A stretch of 64,000 nt of DNA. Source: Adineta vaga (lineage: Eukaryota > Animalia > Rotifera). The notes under the pieces are model-generated. The model was given only the letters and a program-made list of their open reading frames with translations. It ran no database searches and was not told where the DNA came from. The stretch is from NCBI GenBank assembly GCA_021613535.1, contig CP075497.1:4774001-4838000 (forward strand), in the 5' to 3' direction. The position numbers and the translations under genes were made by a program. The first letter of the stretch is position 1. Each line of letters begins with the position of its first letter. Shown in pieces: positions 54,401 to 64,000 of this stretch.

Positions 54401-55063
54401 AGACAATTCACCATCAGTAGCTAAAATTTTCATTTTATAAAAATTTCGTGTTTCACGATCAAGAGATTTTAATAGACGTAGTCCAAGTTGGTTTTCTGTA
54501 TGTAAACTAACGATTGCAAATGTTTGTAAAAGATCTTCATCAATTGTTTCATCAGATGGTAGAATTCGATATTCGAGACGATCTTGATAATCAAGGTCAG
54601 TTGCTGATGGAAATGATGATACATGACCAATATCGGTATTTTCGGATAGACGTATCTGAAATGTTGAGACAGGAAATTTTGGTTGATTATCATTGATATT
54701 TTCAATAGTAACATCTAATGATAATATATCAATAGTTTTTGATGATGCGATAATTTCTAAGGTTAATACACATCGTTCACAATTGCATATATGTGTTTGA
54801 CATAGTTCTTCACGATCAATCATACGTTTAACAGAAATACGTCCCGTTAAAGAATCAATCATGAAGAATGAATTATGTGGACTGGAATCGGATATAAATG
54901 AAAATTTATATAAATTTGATGAAGATGAATAAACACGACTTAGATCGTAGATAGATGTTCCAATGGAACTCTGTTCTTTCAATGAAATTGGTGATAAACG
55001 TTGAATTGCCGTAGAAATGGATTGAAGAATAAGGAGAAATAGGAAAAATTGAATCACATACAT
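51483..55063 (-). CDS. Delta-type protocadherin (7 cadherin repeats, TM, Ser-rich tail)
   Basis: Signal peptide, EC1 with DREELC...C, six DxNDxxP-type linkers separating seven EC repeats, TM ILVVIISTILTLIFSITMGILIAFF. Exons 53746-55063, 52373-53679, 51483-52040. Confidence 0.9.
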
Positions 55064-56358
55064 TGTTATACTAAATCTAAATCAAGAGACAGAAGAAAAA
55101 CGTAAGTAAGTAAATGAAATGAATGATGAACAGTAGATTCACATGATTAATCCCTGTTCTAATGAGTTAAGACTTGAACAAAGATCAAGTTATACCTTTC
55201 TCTTTCTCTCGACTTAACGCTAAAAAAGAAAAGCTGATTGTGCTCAAGAGAAGAGAATAACTCAATTGTATGTGTTGTTTTTCCTGCATGTTAAAAGAAG
55301 AAGAACAAAAAAAAGAACGAAAGAAAGAAAGAAAGAGAAAAGAAGATAACATAAATAAATGTATAAGCACAGATTCACTGAAAGTGTGTTTATGATTGAA
55401 GATTTTAATGAACAACTTGGTCACGCACCAATTTTCTTTTCTTCTCTGTACTCGTTACTGATGCTGCTCAGCGAGATTGTATCGATTCGATATGTAGATG
55501 TATGAATATATATACATATAAATCGGTCGTTGAACGCTCCACCCAATTTTCGAATTAATGACCGAGAGCTTACAAGTGTGAATGGTCATCAACGACGGTG
55601 ATGTCTTTCTTTTTCTCATTTAGCGTTTGTAAACAAGTAAAAAGAACAAAGAAGAAGATGAATCAAAATGATGAATGTGTATGTATATACAAACTTGTAT
55701 ATGACTACAAAGTGACTTCCTTTCCGGAAGACTGAATACATGCACATCTGAATCTTCCTGTGAATGTTTGTATATTCGGTAGTTAAGAAGACAAGACAAG
55801 GATTACTTCGTTGATGATAATGATGACGACGATAGAGTCATGATTGATTTTTATGTAGCCGACGAACGTTAATGGTGACAAATGAAACGTCAAACAGTGT
55901 TAAACTCATCACACCACATTAACATCAACAAATTTAGAATAGGATCGAATTATGGACGGCGTTAGTCTAACGAAATCTAAGCTCTGATAGAGAGATGAGT
56001 AGACAGTCTCAATTCGTTTGTATATATATACATATATATATATATATATTTACGCCTGTCGTCGAGTGATTATGCAAAAGATGAATCCAGAGATCTATTT
56101 ATTAGAAAAGAAAGGAAGACGATGCCGTAATTGTATACTTAAAAGAGAAGGCATACAATGATCAAGGCTACCACACGCACTGCTCTAATTACCAGAAGAA
56201 GTCAATGCCAATACAATGAAGCCTGTCTGTTCAATGATGTCACCGTCGTCTCTTTTTCCTTCAACTACTTTATGTTTAACATGAAGAAGATTTATACATT
56301 CACACGAACAATACAAACTATTATCGCTTGATTAAGAATATGTAATGTGGTGATGTAG

Positions 56359-56384
56359 ACACACACACACACACACACACACAC
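56359..56384. repeat. (AC)13 microsatellite, one of many simple repeats (e.g. (AT)n 2359-2380, (CA)n ~15533-15552, (GA)n ~57207-57228, (GAA)n ~60834-60859)
   Basis: Read directly from sequence. Confidence 0.95.
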
Positions 56385-59300
56385 GTGCACACGCAAATTC
56401 GATACATGTATAAAATGTCTAGGCAGAATGGTGACGTTCGAATTAATAATTTCGAATTTTACACATGAGCTCAATACACACATGCTCCCCTAGGTCGAAT
56501 TAAAGTTCAGGGACAATATGACACACATAGATATAGATATATACATTTATATATGTATACATATACAATAGGGATGAATTATTTCATTTTCACACGAGAT
56601 ACATCTTTCACGCCTAATTTACGCCTACGTGTACGTAGACTAACACGCGATTACTAACCTAAAACTGACCTTGTGTATACATCTACATATATGTAGATAT
56701 CGATATGTGGTGGCAGAGAGAGAGAGAGAGAGAGGGAGAGGCAGACAGTCACTCATATGTTTAACTGAGCCCTTATTGAATAGTTCGCTGTAAAAAAAAA
56801 AGAAAGCAGAAAATGAATATCGATGATGATAATGATGATGATGGGTGTGTGAATATGTTTACCGAAAAAAACACGTCCTATAAATCGATCAAAGGCCGAT
56901 TTGATTCCAATTAGACGGCTGCTAGTCAGTTGGTCAGTCATGCTGTCCTTCTCTTCCAAATGTTCTTTACAAAGATGGATCATTATTTTCGACTTGACTA
57001 ATGCTTGCACGCGTGCACTTTCGGATGACAAAATCCGTATGTGCACATACCAATGAATACAATAATAATGATGATGAGCAATGGCAATTGTTGAGTCGAG
57101 GTTCATATAAGCAGAAGAAGACGAGACGAGTGCGTAAGTGAGACTTCCGGTTGAACGGTCCAACTATATCCGATAACACACGTCTACTTGGACATGGAAA
57201 AAAGGAAGAGAGAGAGAGAGAGAGAGAGAAAGACAAAAAGGGAAAAGATCTTGCTGGACCATATCTATGTATACATATACGTATATAGACATGTATATTG
57301 ATGTCTATTTTGGCCTAAGGACACAGTTTGATCTTGGTCTAACTATCCGACTATCTCATCTCATATTTTCTTTTGTTTCTTTACCTCTAAGTCAAACAAA
57401 CAAACTAAATTGATTTAAAAAGTATACTATCCACTTAAATTATGCTGTTTCATCTTACCATTAAATTGAAATAGTCAAAAATCATTATCAATATGAGAAG
57501 AAAAATAAATGCATATATGAATGGATAGACATTGATTAAAAAAGAAAATTTCTAAGTTGTGTTCAAGGTTATTTTCTTAATAGAAAAGTTAATAACTACA
57601 CAATAGATGATTATAAGTCAATTTAAAAAGAACTATAAGAGATAAAAAAGAAAATCTTACTTACATACTATCATTACATCATATAAATGGTTTCTGACGG
57701 AAACATCTCAGCTTTCTAGCTCGGTTGCTTTTCCCTGGACTATTATTTCTTTTTTCTTATGAGATTATGCAGTGAGTTTGAAACAAATGCAGCTGCTGGT
57801 GACGGATGTTAAAGAAAAGACAAGAACAAGTGAGAATACGAGAAATATGAAGAAAAAAGTGGCTGGTTCTGACTCGTTTATTAATTTGACATTGAATTAT
57901 CTACTACATTTCACTTGTGTGTGTGTGGGTATGGTGTATGTCTTCAATGGAAAACAGACAACGTGCGGAAAAGACAATGCAATGACAAGGACAATAAAGA
58001 CGATCGGCTAATCTCGTTGTGTGAACGAGCGACAATTATTCTTTCTCCTCTTCTTCATAGAATTTGAATGACGTGTGTTTCATTTCAAAATTTCTCTTCT
58101 TTTTTTTTTCGTTGACAATTATTCTCATATGCAGTATAGTCGAACAGGTACTAGCATATTGAAAGTGTTCGAATTAAACATCAGTTATGAAGGTCAAGTG
58201 AATAGGACACAGCAGGAATATAACAGTTTGGGTCAGCGCTCCGCTGTCAATTTATATACATATACATGTTGTATATATATATATTGACTTTGAATCACTG
58301 TATGATGAGAAGTACAAATTAGAATGGCGGAGACGAAGAATAGAGAGACGAGAAGAGAAGAGACAAAAGTGGACGAATGAATGAAAAACAAATTTGATGA
58401 AGCTGGTGATTCATTTCGTTATTATCTGAAGCTCACTCATACACAAACAAGGTCATTGAAATGAAAAAAATAAAACGTGACATTGAAGCCTCATAGCTGT
58501 GTCTTTCATCAAGGCTAAAAACTTAAAATCCTCTCGGAAATGAGAAATCATATATGATACAATGAAAAAACATAATCATTAGTTATATGAGAGAATATAT
58601 GGTTACGATAATTTAGATCTTTCTGATTGTCTTCTTGTTTGTCTATGGCTATCTGTCTATCTGATGGTACCCCATCAATATACATATACATATGCAGGTG
58701 ACGCACACTCGACAAATGCTCAATTTAGAACATACATTATTAAATACATGAGCAGATTGTCGTTTAGCGGGTTTTTTTTCTAGGTTTTTTTTCAACAAAT
58801 TGATAATACAACTAGTTGGCTAGTAAGTCCGAGTGGCTTGTTCCGGTTCGATGAGAGGCTCGATGAATACAGAGGTATGATTAGTAAAAAGGAAGAACTA
58901 ATGCAGTAGTTGATGTCTGATGTATTGTTCTTTTCTTTGTAAAGAGAAATGATGATGAAGCGAATAGGAAATGAGTAGCTAACACTGACTTAGTCGTATG
59001 TTCCATATCCGTTATGCTTGTCGATTGACAATAGTGATTGGACTAGTTACTACTATAGTCGTCGTAGTGAGTGACATGACATGTTTCTATATAAGCAAAT
59101 GTTCGCAGACGCATAATTTATTAATGATGATGGGTGTTCGTTATACAAAATACAATGAGAAATAGTAAACGTCGACCGAAATTACGGACATATGACCTCG
59201 AAAGAAAGAACGGACAGATACACGAAGATAATAAGTCATCTTATAAAGAAATTTCCGGAGTTTGCTTTATGATGACTATCGTATATACTCAATATTTCTT

Positions 59301-62300
59301 ATCTTCTCAATTCAGTTCCGCTCAATGAACTCAATTAGGAACGTGCATAGCGCATCTCTAATGGTCATCATTTTCTTTTCGAGAGTCTCTTGTTTACTAC
59401 TCGACTGTGTCGGCTATCAGTCAAGCAAGGCTAAGTGGTCAATATTCACTTCTTTCCTTCTCTTTCTCTCTCTGTCTCTTTTCTCTGACTACCTCGTAAT
59501 TTCCTTCTTTATTCTCAATCACCAGTAGCACTTGTCATTTGTGCACTCACTTCGATCACACATGTAACCTTCGACATTGAATTGAATTAAGATTTCTTTT
59601 TTGAACTAAGTTCACTTTGTTCTTATCAAAACATATCAAGATATATTTATATACGCCTTTTCACTTTCTTACTCCTGTATGTGATTTTTATTGAGTTTTG
59701 TCTATCATCAAACACTCATACATATGTGCAATTCTCTTCCTAGTGATTGATGCTTTTAAATCAAATATATATGTGTATGTGTAATGTTCATGCGACTTAA
59801 TCAATGTCAACTTCCTACTATTCAATCGATCTCATGAGAAAAAGAAGTAACAATCACACGTGTCTCACCTTTGTTATTTCTTTTTTTTTATATTGAAAAC
59901 GGTGGAATAATTCAAGAAACAATGATGATGATCAGATACACCGCCCAAAGTGGCATAGTTCATCCATCGTTACTTCTAGTACATTTGTCCAGATATCCAT
60001 TGCTCTTCCTTTTCTCTCAACCATCGTATGCTCACTATCATAACTCTGACATTCCTCTGTTCTTTCTTTCCTTCTTTCTTTCTTCTTTTCTTCTCACACC
60101 GACTATACTACATCCTGTAAGGGTATATGAAAAGAGAAGCACGATTTTAATGAATTCTTCTTTTCTCGCTTTCTCTCCTCTGTCCAGTAGCAGTAGCACA
60201 TAGAATACACACAAATTCTCATTTCCTCCTAAGTGTGTGAGAGAAAGAAAAGAGACTTCTTCAACGTTCTATCTTATAATACAGATATAATGAAAAAATA
60301 TGAGCAACAAGAAGAAGAAGACGACGACGACGAGAAAAAAAGAGAGACTAAGACAAGCGTCATCAATAGAGACGATGATGAGTGAAGAGCATCATAATCT
60401 AATAAGGAATAAAAGAGCGAGGAAAGAGAAAACATGGTAACGTCAAAGTGATTACCGTTAATCGATCAAAGTTAGAAAGATGTCGACAACACGAATCGAA
60501 CTCATGTCTAGGTTAATAACATCACGTCGTCCAGATATCTTTCTCATACATAATGACGCAATGACTGGATGTATATAGTTGTCGATCTCCTGTGGTGTCC
60601 TTATGTCTCAGTCAGAAAAAATTGACACGGTAACCGAAGATATTCATAAGCTACTATGCTGCTTTTCTTTTTTTAACTTCAAAAAACTAGTATCGCATCA
60701 TGATATAAAAGTATTCGATACTTTCAAAGAGTTCTTGTGTATATATTACACTAATCTGATTATTTTCGCAATTGATATTAATAATCAAACTACAGACGAT
60801 GAATACAACAAAGAAAATCGCCTGACATAAAAAAAGAAGAAGAAGAAGAAGAAGAAGAAAACTAATATTATTCTCCACAAAATAACAACATCGTTTAAGT
60901 GAGAAAATAAGCACTGATTCATGATATTTATCATCTTCATTTTTTTGCGTAACATACATACGAACGAATGATTATTGACCAACAGTGACCTTTAGGCATA
61001 GTGATTTGTTGCCTATGATGTTATTATTGAGATAGGAAAGAAAAACTAATTGTGTCCAAAACGATCAAATAATAATAATGATAGAAGAATTTACAATATT
61101 TAATATTAGCTTTGACAAGAAAAAGAAAGATACATATACATAATGAAATTGGTAAAAATAGTAATTGACTGACCAACGAGCAGCATCACAGCGTGTCAAT
61201 GTAATCAGTAAGATGAGTGTAATACAACAAAGAGAAAATGATGAACATTCTTATGCTGTTAAAAACTAAATTATTGATAGATGTTGACCAGTCTAGAAAG
61301 TGCTTTCTCAAAAGACATGACAGCAAATAATTTCTTAATATGATGATCGAGTGTTCTCTCGAGAATCGTCAAAGAGTATTGATGTTGATTGAGTAAGAAG
61401 AAAATATATGAACTATCTAGGTGTAATATTGAAATTCTCTTGTGGGTTTTCGTTCATTTCAATGAAGGATAAAATGTTGTTGATATCATATTTAGCCTCA
61501 AGTGTGTGAGTGAATTACTCTCGAAGTTTTTTCTTATCTTTCCTCTAAGAAACCTGTCAAATAACATCCATCAATGTATATTGTATACGTAAACACAACA
61601 AATCTAAGAAGTTCTATACATATCAAGGTTTTCATTTCATATAAATCTTCTTAAACTTCCTGCTGTTGCTGATGTAAATAGACCATCACATTAAGTGTAA
61701 AAAAAAAGTGTTTATACTTTTCTTACCGTTGAAGAAGTCTGATCTAATATGAGTTGACTGTGATCAAACAGAATCAGCCGACTGACAACGCGATCTTTTG
61801 CATAATAATATCTCGCGATGTAACAGCTTATCCACTAATTGGCGGTTATCTATAACGGTTAAGATCATATTCAGTCATTTGCGCTTCACTACATCTCGAT
61901 CACATGCTGAATTAGATTCGAATATAAATCTATATGACTGATTATTACACATTTTACAAGTATTACATCATTTTTGTTTTTTATTGTTCAATCATCATCA
62001 TCATCATCATCATCATCGACTCGGATTCAGTGGCAGTAACCACTTCGCTGCACATGCATGAAAAGAAAGAAAGAAGAAGAGAAAAAAAGGGAATACTTTC
62101 TATTTCTAATAATTAAACAGATTAACACTTACTTTTTTTTCTGCTACAGAAAATAGAATATGATCAGATGAATATTTATACATATCGTACAGACAGCTTA
62201 TTTTCAATTCCTAGTATTCAAGATAATAAGGATACTATTGAGAAGAATGCAACTATGAATACTAAATTTAGCAATCTCGATCATTTCTGATCTATTCGCT

Positions 62301-63643
62301 CGATGTTATAGAGGAAAAAATGACTTTGACGTGTCTCAAGAACGTTCTTTTGTTTAGTACCTTTGAAAATTCTCATATGTGTTCGGCAGTAGAAGGTGGA
62401 GTAGAAGAGAATATGGGTGTAATAAAGATAAGAATTGAAATCAATTGATTTTCTAACGGACAATGTCTACATACACTATTTATGACGTCGGGCATCGGAC
62501 GAACAACGATCACATCAAGGGTACTCGTTGACAATAAGACATGAGGTAGGTGTGACAGAAGAAAAAATAAATATATGATTGATCTCCTTGAGGGCATCTG
62601 TGTCATTGATTAATTTTGTGAACAGAGTAGGAAGAGAAAAGAAAAGGTAACATCAAGTGTGGCAACAATCATTAGTTTTTTTTTTGTTCAAAGATTTATT
62701 AAACTAACCTTCAAGTGTACTTTGTCTTCATATAATGGTTTCAACTATCTACATATTCAATCTATACATGAACAAGATTGTTACTCATTTGTATGTTATA
62801 AATCAAAAAAGATTTTCAAACATAAAATAGTTTTAATTATAACATGAAAAAAAACAAGTTTTGGTCATTTTCTATGATTGACAAATGATGTGTATCATCA
62901 TCATCATCATCAAATTTAATCATATCTCTCATCGGATAGATAATGTCCATAATAAAAGCTATAATCTCTTGGGGATGTATGTTGTAGACAGATCGATCAT
63001 TGAACACCACATATATACATAGAGAGTAAGACAGAAGAAGAAAAGTTCTTTTTAAATAAGCAAATGACAAGATGGTTGGTATTAATAATCCTCAACAATA
63101 TGTTCGATTCGGATTCTAATAATCACACAATCCACATCTGCATATAAGCTTTCATATAAAGATTCTTTACAATAATCCATCTTGATATAGACTACTTTTC
63201 ACTTGGCACATACATTGTCTATGTCAAAGTGAGTTACAGAAGAATGATTTATTGTCAAAGACCATGAAGAACGAAACATGGTGACAAAGTACTACTTTTC
63301 ATCAAATTGATCAATGTTACTTACAATGAACATTCTATATAACTAATTATACACAGCTGATACACTTGAACTATAGAACCTTGGGTAAAGATGATCCAAC
63401 TAACTATCTATTTGTGAATCAGAACATATTAAACTTGAAATTTGATCATTAAATATAGATTTTTTCTCATGCATATGAAATTGATGTCAAGTAATATGAT
63501 GCTTATCAACGGATGTCTTTCGTTTGATTGTTTTAATTCAACAAACATTACATAGAAATTATAAATAGGATGAATGCTAAACATCTATGAAGATTTATTT
63601 ATCAAAACTTATTTTAATTTCTGTGCTGCTAATTCACACGGTG

Positions 63644-64000
63644 TTAGTCCTTGTTGTCGTGTTTTTTCTTCTTCTTCTTCTTCATGATGTGCTTTTTCAT
63701 CATCTTCACATTCACGAATCAGACGTGTATTATCGAATAACATATATGGTTTGACAACTAAACCTAATAATAGATTAAAAAATTAAAAACAAAAAATGAA
63801 ATCAATAATACTACATACGATAAGTATTTTCATCTGTTTGTATCGTTTGTAATACTTCTCGACGAAGAAAACTATCTGTTTCTTTTGCTGCACGAATTAA
63901 CTAATAGAAAATATGGATATGAATTGATTTTCTTCATTCGATGAATAACTTACTTCTTTGATCGTTTTTTCATCGGTAACATTTTTATAATGTGCAAAAT
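63644..64000 (-). CDS. LYRM7: 3' part of complex III assembly factor LYRM7/MZM1
   Basis: Three exons give ...FAHYKNVTDEKTIKE|LIRAAKETDSFLRREVLQTIQTDENTYR|LVVKPYMLFDN...KD*, collinear with the LYRM7 C-terminal half; stop 63644-63646. Absent from the ORF track. Confidence 0.75.

Noticed and set aside
58826-58856. tRNA-like A box (GTCCGAGTGG) and B box (GGTTCGAT)
   Set aside because: The boxes are only ~8 nt apart, the B box lacks the closing CC and no cloverleaf forms.
55185-63070. Numerous 60-140 aa ORFs upstream of the protocadherin (similar ones at 12-16 kb and 41-45 kb)
   Set aside because: They are low-complexity F/L/S/K/R translations of microsatellites and poly-purine tracts, with no domains or consistent exon chains.

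Overview
AT-rich eukaryotic genomic DNA with compact genes and many ~50-65 nt GT-AG introns. The architecture, plus intron-containing genes of bacterial type, suggests a bdelloid rotifer (inference). Exons were stitched by hand and splice phases checked where coordinates are listed. Genes in order: the 5' part of an RBD-containing signalling gene (PLEKHG5/RGS12-like, -), LEMD3/MAN1 (-, 1-nt frameshift in the LEM domain), ACADVL (-), WDR4-like (-), a possible small membrane protein (+), a six-finger C2H2 gene (-), SURF6 (+), a MIEF1-uORF-type LYR microprotein only 72 nt downstream (+), an orphan gene (+), MCTP (-), RUVBL2 (-), TFAP2 (-), an intronless GNAT (-), a 9-exon bacterial-type PEP carboxylase (-), a 7-repeat delta-protocadherin (-) and the 3' end of LYRM7 (-). 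Strongest leads: (1) an intact proteobacterial-type PEPC with 8 introns and a new presequence-like first exon, next to a second likely foreign gene; (2) an unannotated, highly structured 350-450 nt intergenic RNA candidate at ~36.25-36.70 kb; (3) an apparently bicistronic SURF6 + mitoribosome-microprotein unit; (4) a pre-miRNA-like hairpin at ~15.25 kb; (5) clustered AP-2 sites in the AP-2 gene itself. No database search was run; homology calls rest on recalled family motifs.
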